Of a stretch of DNA of 64,000 bases, positions 40,130 through 49,596 are shown piece by piece. This DNA comes from a virus. The translations under genes were made by a program, and so were the position numbers. The stretch is from positions 1 to 64,000 of the IMG/VR virus record IMGVR_UViG_3300036945_000641, one strand, 5' to 3'. Numbering within the stretch: position 1 is the first letter of the stretch; each line of letters begins with the position of its first letter. The notes beneath the pieces were generated by a model. The model made no database searches. It worked only from the letters and a program-made list of their open reading frames with translations, and was not told where the DNA came from.

Positions 40130-40447
40130 TTACGCTTTTGCAGCTTTAACAGGTTGAATAATAACTGGAGCTTCTGTGGCAGCAACTGTATCGGCTACAA
40201 CTACTGCAACAGTTTCTGGAATAGCTTCTACTACAGCTTCTTGGACTTCTTCAGTTGCAACTTCTACGCCACGGAACTCAAGTGTGCAGTTGTCATCAAC
40301 ACGAACTGTAACTTTGCCGCTGCCAACAACGCTTAAGCTAGAACGCTCGTGGTCGCTAAAGTAGTCACCAACTTTTAGTTCAACTACTCCGCCTGTTTCG
40401 CGAACAACAGTAGCTACTACTGTACCATTAATTTCTTCTAAAATCAT
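40130..40447 (-). CDS. Hypothetical Val/Glu/Ala-rich protein
   Basis: GAGG RBS; fills the gap between D13 and D14. Confidence 0.6.
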   Translation of the reverse strand: MILEEINGTVVATVVRETGGVVELKVGDYFSDHERSSLSVVGSGKVTVRVDDNCTLEFRGVEVATEEVQEAVVEAIPETVAVVVADTVAATEAPVIIQPVKAAKA

Positions 40448-40448
40448 A

Positions 40449-42287
40449 TTATACCTCTATTTGTGAAATGTTATTACGTTTCAACACATTTACTTTTTCC
40501 AGTAGTGGATGTGTAAATCCGTGTGAAACAAGGAAAGTATTTAAATGCTCTTCACGCAATAATACTTCTACTAGTTTTTCTTTACCGTCAACATCTAATG
40601 TTTCGACAGTTTCATCTAGTATCAATAGATTAATTCTTGAACTAGACAGTGTTTGCATTAGCTTTCGGATAGCTAATAGTGTTGCTACGTTAACTCGAGC
40701 TTTTTCGCCGCCTGATAGCGCTAAGATTTCAATGTCTTTGCCATTATCAGTAATAACTACATTTAATTTATCACTAGCACTAACTTTAAATCCTATTTGG
40801 AATCTGCCGTCAGATAGGTCAATTAAATACTTATTAGTAATTTCTTCTAAGTCTTTTACTAAACACTCGATCTTGTATGCAACTAATCCTGTAGTAGAAA
40901 ATGTTTTTGTTAGTACATTTACCACAGACATTTTTTCACTTAGTTCATGCAGTTTTGAACTATAAGTTTCTAGCTCAGCATTCATTTCTGTTAGTTGACT
41001 ACTAATAGTATCAACCTTAGAGTTATGTGCGCTGGCAGCAGCATTTTGTTTTTCAGCTTGAGCAATTGCAGTCTTAAGATTAGTTAATGCAGTTTGAATT
41101 GCAGTAAACTTAGACTCAAGCTCATTTTTATCTAATAAATCTTCTTGTAACTCAGTATTGATTAACTGATGATACTTTTCCCACTCATCACGGGCTTTAT
41201 TAGCTGATTCCCATGTATTTGTTTTAGTGTTAAACTCTTGCTTAATTAACTCTATTTCTTTAAGTCTAGTATTAATTGATGCTATTTTTAAACTTGATTC
41301 GCTTTTTATTGCTTGCTGTTCGGCTATAAGTGCTGCAATTTTTTCTTCGTCAATAGGCTGTAAACAAGTAGGACAAGTCCCGTGTAGTGTACCTATCTTT
41401 TTAATAAAAGCATCTGAGTCTTTAACAGACTTGCTTAGTTCAATAGAACTAGTACTAAGCTGTCGTACTTCTGGAGTTAACGCACTAACTGTGTCTTCAG
41501 GAGCTTCTGGTATAGGGAATAGTTTAATTCTAGACTGTATTTGCTTATAAGTATTGTTCTGAGTAATTTTCTTATTAGTGGATTCTAGTCCACGTATTTG
41601 ATTGTCTAGCTCACTTGATTGTGTAACTAAGTTATCTTTAATTACAGGAACTTCACAATACTCTTTGTGAGACAAGTCCATTTTAGAATACTTGTCTAGC
41701 CAGCTATTTACAGTGTTTACTTGTGATTGTACTGCTGCAATATCTTTGCTTAATTCTTGAGCCACTTCTTTGAAAATGTCTTGTGCTCTAGTATACTTGC
41801 CTAAATTAAGAATTTCAATAAGAAACTTTTTGCGGGCAGTATCTGCCGCAGTTAAGAATTCTAGGCTGCTAGCATTAGATTGATAAACAATTTGACTAAA
41901 GGTCTTGTGGTCAAACCCTAGAATGTCTTCAATCATTTTGTAGGTAGCAGTAGCAGTGTGTGCACTAATATCTACACCAGACTTTAGTAGTTTAACCGTT
42001 TGGCTAGTTCCACGACTAGTTTTAATTTGGTACTCAGTATTGTCTCGTTCAAATTCAAGTTCAATACTATAGGTTTTATCTTTTACATAGCGGTTTAAAA
42101 TATCCGCTTTTTTAATTGATTTGGAGTTTTTATTAAATAAGACTTCTTCAAGGATTAGGGCTATGGAGCTTTTTCCATGCCCGTTCTTTCCTACAAGCTG
42201 CGTCAGTGGCGCAGCAACAAAGTTTATTGTGTTATCTTTTCCATAGCTAAAAGCATTACTCCAACTCAGCTTTTTGATTGTTATCAT
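40449..42287 (-). CDS. SbcC/Rad50-like recombination ATPase (T5 D13-like)
   Basis: GKNGHGKS, CPTC zinc hook, LSGGE, LILDE and SH motifs. Confidence 0.93.
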   Translation of the reverse strand: MITIKKLSWSNAFSYGKDNTINFVAAPLTQLVGKNGHGKSSIALILEEVLFNKNSKSIKKADILNRYVKDKTYSIELEFERDNTEYQIKTSRGTSQTVKLLKSGVDISAHTATATYKMIEDILGFDHKTFSQIVYQSNASSLEFLTAADTARKKFLIEILNLGKYTRAQDIFKEVAQELSKDIAAVQSQVNTVNSWLDKYSKMDLSHKEYCEVPVIKDNLVTQSSELDNQIRGLESTNKKITQNNTYKQIQSRIKLFPIPEAPEDTVSALTPEVRQLSTSSIELSKSVKDSDAFIKKIGTLHGTCPTCLQPIDEEKIAALIAEQQAIKSESSLKIASINTRLKEIELIKQEFNTKTNTWESANKARDEWEKYHQLINTELQEDLLDKNELESKFTAIQTALTNLKTAIAQAEKQNAAASAHNSKVDTISSQLTEMNAELETYSSKLHELSEKMSVVNVLTKTFSTTGLVAYKIECLVKDLEEITNKYLIDLSDGRFQIGFKVSASDKLNVVITDNGKDIEILALSGGEKARVNVATLLAIRKLMQTLSSSRINLLILDETVETLDVDGKEKLVEVLLREEHLNTFLVSHGFTHPLLEKVNVLKRNNISQIEV

Positions 42288-42534
42288 GTTCTAGTAGTCT
42301 TTTCTTTAATTCGTGTAAACCGCCAAGTAGTTCTCCGTTCAAGAATATTTGCGGCACACTACGTGCGTTAGGAATTTTAGCCATTAAGTCTTTTTTACTA
42401 TAACCATTAATCCCTATCATACGTTCAGTATAACTAATTGATCTTTGATCTAATAATCGTTTTGCTTCTGTGCAGGCGGGGCAGTTAGCCTGCGACCAAA
42501 CTTCTGCACTAAGATGATTCAATTTTTTCTGCAT
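42256..42534 (-). CDS. Glutaredoxin
   Basis: CPAC active site and SVPQIF..G..LGG. Confidence 0.88.
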   Translation of the reverse strand: MQKKLNHLSAEVWSQANCPACTEAKRLLDQRSISYTERMIGINGYSKKDLMAKIPNARSVPQIFLNGELLGGLHELKKRLLEHDNNQKAELE

Positions 42535-43471
42535 AATTTTGCATTTCCTTTAAAACAGCGTCTACAGTTTGATCTGGCAATTCTAGGATATAGGTTAAGT
42601 ACTCTTTTACTTCTTCTGTTAGGCTCATTTCAGGGTCTAACATCAGCGCACTATCAGTATCTCGTTTAATAACTTTGCGATCAATTAAGTCGGAGTCTTC
42701 GAGTTCACCAAGTTCGTGCATATCACCCTCAACTTGGTAAATGGTATGGTCATAATCTGTTGCTGGTTTAGGGTCTGAGACTCCAACGGTTTTACGGATA
42801 AGCTGAGGTAAGTTGAATTTGAGCCATACGTGATCCATAGTAGTGTTATCAAGCAAGATAGCTCCAGTGTCCACGGAACTTCTATGAAAGCTAGTAGTAT
42901 AAGGACTACCTGGATACAGAATATTAAGTTGCGAATTCTCATAACTATGCAAGTCTCCTGCTAGTACAATATCCCAGCGGCTAAACAAACTTAGGTCAAC
43001 TTCTGGCTTAACGTGTGGTGGAATTTCTCCACGAACGTGAGTGCATAGAATCTTTCCATGAAACTGTCTAGGTTCTTTTTCAAACTCTTTTAGTTTATTA
43101 TACGGAATAATATCAATGTCTGCTGATTTAATACACCAGAATTCGTCAATAACTTCAACTAGTGGGTTTAGTCGGTTAGTTGACTTTTTAAGGTTTGTTA
43201 AGAAAGTTGTTTCTTTCTTTAGCATTTCGTGATTGCCAGGATATATAATAGTAGGTTTAGTAAAACTAGCTACAAAGTCAAAATATAACTCAACTTCATC
43301 CATTGTGGGTAGTCTGTCAAAAACGTCCCCACCAACAATTACTAAATCAGCTTGCTCCTGCATTTGCTGAAATTGCTCAACAAATAAATGAAAACGATTT
43401 TTTGCCCACTCAATAGGTACGTTTTTCTGACCTAGTTTTATATGTACATCAGCTGTGAATAGTATTTTCAT
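42509..43471 (-). CDS. SbcD/Mre11-like nuclease (T5 D12-like)
   Basis: ADVH, GGDVFD, GNHE, GDLH and YPGSP motifs. Confidence 0.92.
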   Translation of the reverse strand: MKILFTADVHIKLGQKNVPIEWAKNRFHLFVEQFQQMQEQADLVIVGGDVFDRLPTMDEVELYFDFVASFTKPTIIYPGNHEMLKKETTFLTNLKKSTNRLNPLVEVIDEFWCIKSADIDIIPYNKLKEFEKEPRQFHGKILCTHVRGEIPPHVKPEVDLSLFSRWDIVLAGDLHSYENSQLNILYPGSPYTTSFHRSSVDTGAILLDNTTMDHVWLKFNLPQLIRKTVGVSDPKPATDYDHTIYQVEGDMHELGELEDSDLIDRKVIKRDTDSALMLDPEMSLTEEVKEYLTYILELPDQTVDAVLKEMQNYAEKIESS

Positions 43472-43482
43472 ATTTTATAGAC

Positions 43483-43518
43483 AAAATAGCCCGCAAAGCG
43501 TTTAGTCTTGCGGGCTAT
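43483..43518 (-). terminator. Rho-independent terminator
   Basis: ATAGCCCGCAA/TTGCGGGCTAT stem. Confidence 0.75.
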
Positions 43519-43523
43519 AAAGT

Positions 43524-44168
43524 TTAACCTAAGTCTTTAACAGCTTCTTGTTCTGCTGCAGAACCGCCGTCTTCACTCTCATCACTGTTAGTAGTGATTT
43601 TTGTTAATAGAGCCAACACTTCATCTTCTGTTGGGCGAGTGTACTTTTCATCAATTGATTTAGATGCAGCAACCAATTCACGCTCTGCATCTGATAGTGC
43701 ACGAGTTTTGCAACGCAATACCTGCAACTGATACTCAACGTTATAAGCTAATGGGCCTGTCTTAACTCGTTTGAAAACAACGTCCCAACCGGTATCCAAA
43801 TCTGTAGGATCACCCAAGTCTTCGGCTGCTGTCAAAATTTGTTCAAATAGTTTTTTCTTTAAGTTAAGGGCTTTAACCTTACCATCCTTAGGGTCAATAC
43901 AGTTAACTGTGTATGACCAGCTGCACTTTAGATCTGGGAAATACTCAGGCACATGATCTTTTTCTAGATTGTCAAACTTTTCTTTATCGCGGCTAAATGC
44001 CAAGCACTCCACAGGAATGTCTTTGTTATTAGAGCCTTTCAACCAGTAAATATAGCGGGGAAGAACTCCACCAACTAAACGCACTGTATTTTCGCCGTCT
44101 TTGTATTCATAAGACTCGACTTTGTTTGATTGTGCTTTGCCTTTTGTATTTTTGAAGCTAATTGCCAT
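43524..44168 (-). CDS. Single-stranded DNA-binding protein (T5 D11-like)
   Basis: Synteny, LPRYIYW motif, acidic C-terminal tail. Confidence 0.75.
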   Translation of the reverse strand: MAISFKNTKGKAQSNKVESYEYKDGENTVRLVGGVLPRYIYWLKGSNNKDIPVECLAFSRDKEKFDNLEKDHVPEYFPDLKCSWSYTVNCIDPKDGKVKALNLKKKLFEQILTAAEDLGDPTDLDTGWDVVFKRVKTGPLAYNVEYQLQVLRCKTRALSDAERELVAASKSIDEKYTRPTEDEVLALLTKITTNSDESEDGGSAAEQEAVKDLG

Positions 44169-44170
44169 TT

Positions 44171-44563
44171 TTAATTTTCCTCGTACTTGAAGTATATTTT
44201 GTTTTGTGTTATAGTGATTAGTGGGTTTGTTTTTATGTTATCTAGATCAATATCCTTGAAATATGATAGGTCTAAGTATTTTACGTTATATAGCTTATAT
44301 GCGCTATAATCTCGTCTACCCGCTAACTGTATATATTGTGATTTATAAATTATATCCGTTATATTATCAGCAAAAAACCCATCAGGGTTGATTAGATAAC
44401 TATTACCAATTAAATTACGAATAGGTTTTACTTTTGAGTAACCGTTTTTAGGCATTTGTTTTTTGGTATAAAACAAGCGAAGCTTTTCAACCATTTGTTT
44501 AGGATTTCCTAAGGTTTCTGCTTCTAATATCTCAAGGTTAAAGAAAAGTATCATATTCGACAA
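44171..44563 (-). CDS. Conserved T5-like hypothetical protein
   Basis: Lies between D10 and D11, with its own promoter. Confidence 0.6.
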   Translation of the reverse strand: MSNMILFFNLEILEAETLGNPKQMVEKLRLFYTKKQMPKNGYSKVKPIRNLIGNSYLINPDGFFADNITDIIYKSQYIQLAGRRDYSAYKLYNVKYLDLSYFKDIDLDNIKTNPLITITQNKIYFKYEEN

Positions 44564-44573
44564 CTTAAAGTAT

Positions 44574-44602
44574 ATTATATCAGTTTAACAAGCCATTGGC
44601 AA
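44574..44602 (-). promoter_or_regulatory. Sigma70 promoter
   Basis: TTGCCA-N17-TATAAT. Confidence 0.8.
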
Positions 44603-44612
44603 GTTAAAATTT

Positions 44613-45908
44613 TTATATGGTAGTTATTTGCCAGCCTTTACGCATATAAAGGCCAAGCCTATCGTTATTTTGTTTTTTATCGGCGTATCCAGCAAAGTTA
44701 ATATCCACTACTAACGGATTTAACTTTCCCTCAGAAATTCGTTGAATCCTGCCTACAATTTGTTCTAGCAAACTGTCGTTACTCATGGGTGCTGCTAAGA
44801 TAACACAACTAAGCGTGTTAATAGATATGCCTTCTGAGAAGATTTGCCTTGACCCTGCAATGGCTCTTTTTTCTCCTGACAGGACTTGTTGTTTAATGAG
44901 CTGTCGCTCTTCAAAGTCTGTGTCGCCTGTAACAACCGCGCAATCTTCACCAATGTATTCCTTAACTTTATGTAGAAATTCAACTCGGTCAGCAATAACT
45001 AAAACCGAGTGCCCTTGCTGAATATGCATTTTTGCAATATCAGCAATAAATAACCTGTACTTTTCAGACTCTAGCAGTTCGCTTACTTTCTCCACCCACG
45101 GTACGCCTGGCTTTAGCGTAATTCCTGACTTAACAATGTGTACTGTAGGAGTAAGTGTATTAGACTGTGGAGGTTTATATACCAGTGGACCAAAATAGTC
45201 ACCAAATAATATATGTTTGCCGTCTTTGCGTATCATTGTTCCCGACAAGGCAATCCTGTATCTGGCATGGAAACAGTCAATAGTTGATGCAAATGTAGTG
45301 GCAGGACAGTGGTGGGCTTCGTCCAAGATAATAGTTCCAAACTCTTTTGCAAGCTCGGCTGTGTGTTTGACCAATGTCTGGATATTTGCAACCGTGATAA
45401 AGTGGTCGGCGTAGTCCATTCGTCCACCACCAATAACGCCAGGCTGAGTCCCGAATAGGACTTCGATTTCTTCACACCACTGGTCTCGTAAGGCTGCGGT
45501 GTGCGTGATAACAAGAGTTTTTTGACCAAATTTGTGTGCCAAGTGTAGTGCGGTAAAGGTCTTACCCCATCCAACCAGCGCATTAATGAAACAAGTGTCG
45601 TCAATTGGGTCATATACTACCTGTTGTTCTGGTCTTAGCGGAAATTTAGGGTCTGGGAAAGGTACGCTCTCCAATACTCGTTTATCAATGATTTCATACT
45701 CATCAGGAATTAAGTCTAGCCTACCTTGTGGTATTGATAGAATTCCTTTAGGCAGTACCTTGTAGTTTTTAATAGTTTCAACTGTTGCAAACTTCTTTGA
45801 ACCAGTATCTTTTTTGATTTTATATGTTAATTCTTTAATAATATGCTTAGTGTGTTCTACACCAGGATTATCCATATAAATTCTATTTGATATTATTGCT
45901 TTAGGCAC
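44613..45908 (-). CDS. SF2 helicase (T5 D10-like)
   Basis: GWGKT, DEAHH, LSGT and QIVGRIQR motifs. Confidence 0.92.
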   Translation of the reverse strand: MPKAIISNRIYMDNPGVEHTKHIIKELTYKIKKDTGSKKFATVETIKNYKVLPKGILSIPQGRLDLIPDEYEIIDKRVLESVPFPDPKFPLRPEQQVVYDPIDDTCFINALVGWGKTFTALHLAHKFGQKTLVITHTAALRDQWCEEIEVLFGTQPGVIGGGRMDYADHFITVANIQTLVKHTAELAKEFGTIILDEAHHCPATTFASTIDCFHARYRIALSGTMIRKDGKHILFGDYFGPLVYKPPQSNTLTPTVHIVKSGITLKPGVPWVEKVSELLESEKYRLFIADIAKMHIQQGHSVLVIADRVEFLHKVKEYIGEDCAVVTGDTDFEERQLIKQQVLSGEKRAIAGSRQIFSEGISINTLSCVILAAPMSNDSLLEQIVGRIQRISEGKLNPLVVDINFAGYADKKQNNDRLGLYMRKGWQITTI

Positions 45909-46480
45909 TATACTAATCTCCAGCTATCTTTTCTAGTAGTTTCGCTCAATCCGTATAAAATATACATTCGGTTTATTACTAGAAAAACTGCATATTGATG
46001 AAAGTCTTGTGGTCGTTGAAGGCTTTTGAATCTTTGAGATAAGCCTTCAACTTCTAATACACACCCTACACCATCAGCAGGTAAAACTTGTTTAATCTTT
46101 TTTGTTGTGAGTTTGGCGCGTGTGTATTTTTTCCACTGAAATACCTTGCCACTATTATCTATAAACCAGGTGGTTGCTTTGGCAAGTTTTATCAAATCAG
46201 CTAAAAAATATATTGCAGTTGATATTTTATGTAAGGTTACTTCGGGGTCTTTTTGTAGTGCAAGTCTACGGAGTCCCAGAGTTTTTTGTGGCAGTGATTT
46301 ATCATCTACTAGTTTAAGGTTTAAGCTAGTGTTATTAATTTCATCTAAATATTCTGTATGAAAAAACACCAAACCATTTTCATGGCTTGGTTGCTTTTCA
46401 CTTAGTTTAAATACGGGCCATGTTATCGCCTGTAACGCCGTAAACTTCGTCGAAGTGTCCAAAGCTATAGTCATCCCCAA
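45908..46480 (-). CDS. Conserved T5-like hypothetical protein (start uncertain)
   Basis: Lies between pol and D10; LGLRRL and WFIDNSGKVF motifs. Confidence 0.55.
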   Translation of the reverse strand: MGMTIALDTSTKFTALQAITWPVFKLSEKQPSHENGLVFFHTEYLDEINNTSLNLKLVDDKSLPQKTLGLRRLALQKDPEVTLHKISTAIYFLADLIKLAKATTWFIDNSGKVFQWKKYTRAKLTTKKIKQVLPADGVGCVLEVEGLSQRFKSLQRPQDFHQYAVFLVINRMYILYGLSETTRKDSWRLV

Positions 46481-48689
46481 TATCCTGATCTACACCAATA
46501 GGAGTGTTAGGAATCTCACATCCCCACTGATGTTGTGTGTTACGCTTTAGAATCTCACAATATTCTTCGACTTGCTCTTCTTTAACTAGTGCTACAACTG
46601 AGTCATGTACTAGCATAAAGATATTTGCATCTAGACCTTTGGCTTTGATTTCATTTGCTGTTCGCATTGCGCCAAGCAAGTTAACATCGGATGCAAGACT
46701 TTGTACTTCGGCATTGATACCACTACGAACTTCGTGTGCGGCAATTCCTTTGTCCGTACTAAATACGTTGGGTAATCTGCGCTTGCGACCAAAGAATGAG
46801 TATGTGTATCCATTGGCTTCAATAAATGTTTTGCGATCATCTAACCACTTTTTCAGCTTGTTGAATTTATTAAAGTAAGCCTTAATATCTTCGCGAGCTT
46901 GTTCAACTGGATAGGGCTGACCTGTGGCTTTACTAACAGTTTGCGACACTTTATTAGCACCTGAGCCATACAAAATACCAAAAGAGATAGCCTTAGCACT
47001 TTGACGCATACTGCCGTAGTTCTTTTTAACTTCTTCAACAGGGCCAGGTAGTGCAAATACCATTTTAGCAATTGTTGAGTGAAAGTCGCCACCGCTAGAG
47101 AATACTTGTTGAAGGTTCTTGTCTCCACTTAGTACAGCTGCATAATACATTTCTGCTGTAGTCAAGTCTTGCGATACTATCTTATATCCCACTGGGGCAA
47201 CCAAGCAACCTTTGATAATTGGGTTATCTCGTGGAATTTGCTGTGCATTAAATTTACCTGAACTAGACAAACGCCCAGATGTGGTAAAGATAAGGTTAAA
47301 GTTTGTACGAATTCGGCCATCTTTGTCTAACTCAGGTAAAATTTTACTAATATAAGTGTTTTGAATCTTGCCTAGCTGACGCACTTTTAAAATGGCTGCT
47401 GGCAATGGGTGCTGTTCTGATAGCTGCTCTAGTACTTCTGCATCAGTTGAGATTGCCCCTGTGGCTGTCTTTTTTCCAGTAGACTGTAGACCAAGATAGT
47501 CAAACAATACAACACGTAGTTGTAGAACACTGTTAGGATTAAAAATCTTGCCAGTGTCTTTTTCAAATTGTTTGACTGCCTCAAAGCCGTAGACTACTTC
47601 TTTGGCTTCAGCAATTTGTTCGTCTAAGTACTTATTAGCAGCAGCCATACGCTCGCGGCTGACAGGAATACCAACTTCTTCCATGTCCATTAGGAACAGT
47701 GTACCTGGAATCAGGATTTCTTCATAAACTTTACGTAACTTGTCATTTTTCTGAACGATTGGCCAAAATTTGTGGAATAGGTCAAAGGTGACGGCGGTAT
47801 CAATCGAAGCGTAGCGACTAATAGTGTCAAACGGAATAAGGTCATATGTAAAATCGTCCTGAAGAATACCGTTGGCAGAACAATACTCTTTCTTAAAATC
47901 ATCTAGCTCTGAGTCATAGTCGCCGTAATCTGTGTACTTTAGGGCCAACTGTTTTAAACCATGACTATCTGTTTCGTCTAGCACATAGTGCATAACCATT
48001 GTATCGTGTACTCGACTACGATTAAAGTCAATGTCTAGATGATACTTAATCATCTTGTAGTCAAACTTCATGTTGTGAAAAACTGTGTAGAAGTCTTGAG
48101 AAATTTTGCGTAACAAGTCAATACACTGTTCATCCAAGCAATCCGTCATAATATAACGGCCTTGGTGAGTCTTGTATGTTAGTGAAACGCCAAGCACATA
48201 ACCGTCTCGTGGATATAGTGCTGTTGTTTCCGTGTCCCATGCAACAAAGCCTTGAGCATTTGCAAGAATTTCTTGCAAGTATGCTTTAGCTTCGGCAGTG
48301 TCGCTGATACCTTTATAGTCGCCAGCAGTCATAGGCTTTAGTTCGCCTGCAATGTATTTGTGAATTTTGTCACAAGCACGTTGAAAGTCTGGTTTACCTT
48401 CTGGCTTAAAACTCAACATAGCTGGATTTGAGATAGCAATGAACTTGTCATTTACTAGCTGCCCAGCCATGTTAGTTACACTAGTAATTTTACCATATTC
48501 TTTGGCGGCTTCTGCACCTACTAGAATTACTAAATCATACTCATCGAGGTCAACTTCTAAGTCAACATCTTTCTTCAAGAGTTTAGTAATAGGAACTGAA
48601 CTCATGTGGTAATGATCGTACTCAAACTGAAAATACTCAGAATAACGGGTACGATTTGGGGCTTTGTCAATTAACGCAATTTTCTTCAT
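46407..48689 (-). CDS. Family A DNA polymerase with 3'-5' exonuclease
   Basis: DTET, HNMKFD and YA.ID exonuclease motifs; TSGRLSS, DL..AE, RQSAKAISFGILYG and VHDS polymerase motifs. Confidence 0.95.
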   Translation of the reverse strand: MKKIALIDKAPNRTRYSEYFQFEYDHYHMSSVPITKLLKKDVDLEVDLDEYDLVILVGAEAAKEYGKITSVTNMAGQLVNDKFIAISNPAMLSFKPEGKPDFQRACDKIHKYIAGELKPMTAGDYKGISDTAEAKAYLQEILANAQGFVAWDTETTALYPRDGYVLGVSLTYKTHQGRYIMTDCLDEQCIDLLRKISQDFYTVFHNMKFDYKMIKYHLDIDFNRSRVHDTMVMHYVLDETDSHGLKQLALKYTDYGDYDSELDDFKKEYCSANGILQDDFTYDLIPFDTISRYASIDTAVTFDLFHKFWPIVQKNDKLRKVYEEILIPGTLFLMDMEEVGIPVSRERMAAANKYLDEQIAEAKEVVYGFEAVKQFEKDTGKIFNPNSVLQLRVVLFDYLGLQSTGKKTATGAISTDAEVLEQLSEQHPLPAAILKVRQLGKIQNTYISKILPELDKDGRIRTNFNLIFTTSGRLSSSGKFNAQQIPRDNPIIKGCLVAPVGYKIVSQDLTTAEMYYAAVLSGDKNLQQVFSSGGDFHSTIAKMVFALPGPVEEVKKNYGSMRQSAKAISFGILYGSGANKVSQTVSKATGQPYPVEQAREDIKAYFNKFNKLKKWLDDRKTFIEANGYTYSFFGRKRRLPNVFSTDKGIAAHEVRSGINAEVQSLASDVNLLGAMRTANEIKAKGLDANIFMLVHDSVVALVKEEQVEEYCEILKRNTQHQWGCEIPNTPIGVDQDIGDDYSFGHFDEVYGVTGDNMARI

Positions 48690-48709
48690 AAAACTCTTTC
48701 TAATACTTT

Positions 48710-48738
48710 ATTATAGCGTATTTGGGCTAACAATTCAA
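48710..48738 (-). promoter_or_regulatory. Sigma70 promoter
   Basis: TTGAAT-N17-TATAAT. Confidence 0.8.
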
Positions 48739-48740
48739 GT

Positions 48741-49595
48741 TTATTTTGTAATATACTCGGCTGTGGAATCTACATCTTCTTGTGATAACTCGCCAGGGTC
48801 TGTTCCATCTGGTAAGTCAATAATCTCTACTACGAACTCACATTCTTCAATTAATGGTTTAAGTGCTTTAGCTGCTTTTTGACCAGCTTCGTCACCGTCA
48901 AACATTAAATATATGTGAGTTACTCCTTGTGCTTTAAACGGCAGTAATTTTTGTTTTGTGTTATTTTGTAGTGTGTTAGTACCAAAACAGCAGACTACGT
49001 TTTCTAAACCTTTGTCGTAAAGATTTAGCATATCAAACATACCTTCAACTAGTACTAGGCTACTATAGCCGCTAGGTAGATGACTGGGAAATACTGGAAT
49101 TTGTACACCGCTAGGGTAATTTAAATATCGGGGATTTCCATTTGAAAGTGTGTGCCTACCCACATACACAACCGTTTTTCCAGTAATATCTTTGATGGGA
49201 AAAATGATACGATCTGCAAGTTTTTCTACTGTGTTCGTATAGAACGCGCCAAAGTATTTAAGTGTTTTAGGGCTAATACCTCTGAACTGCTTTGTAAATG
49301 GAGTATACCCTGCTGGCAATTCCAAATCTAATCCAAAGTTTTTTAACTCTTGTAGTTTTTCTTTGAGTGCCATTATTTTCATGGGCACAGGATTTGTAAA
49401 AACCCCATAATATTTGAAAATATTTGTTTTAAAGCCGCAACTAAAACAATGAGCAACTCCTGATACTTTGTCAACTCGAAAGCTAGGATTCGAATCCTCG
49501 TGCTCTGGGTTTAGACATTTGATTAGGTAATCACGACCTGACACACTAAATGCCAAGTTATTTTTATTTATAATGTCTAGTACTGGGTCGCTCAT
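48741..49595 (-). CDS. DNA primase (CHC2 zinc finger plus TOPRIM)
   Basis: CLNPEH...CFSC, VEGMFD and FDGDEAG motifs. Confidence 0.92.
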   Translation of the reverse strand: MSDPVLDIINKNNLAFSVSGRDYLIKCLNPEHEDSNPSFRVDKVSGVAHCFSCGFKTNIFKYYGVFTNPVPMKIMALKEKLQELKNFGLDLELPAGYTPFTKQFRGISPKTLKYFGAFYTNTVEKLADRIIFPIKDITGKTVVYVGRHTLSNGNPRYLNYPSGVQIPVFPSHLPSGYSSLVLVEGMFDMLNLYDKGLENVVCCFGTNTLQNNTKQKLLPFKAQGVTHIYLMFDGDEAGQKAAKALKPLIEECEFVVEIIDLPDGTDPGELSQEDVDSTAEYITK

Positions 49596-49596
49596 A

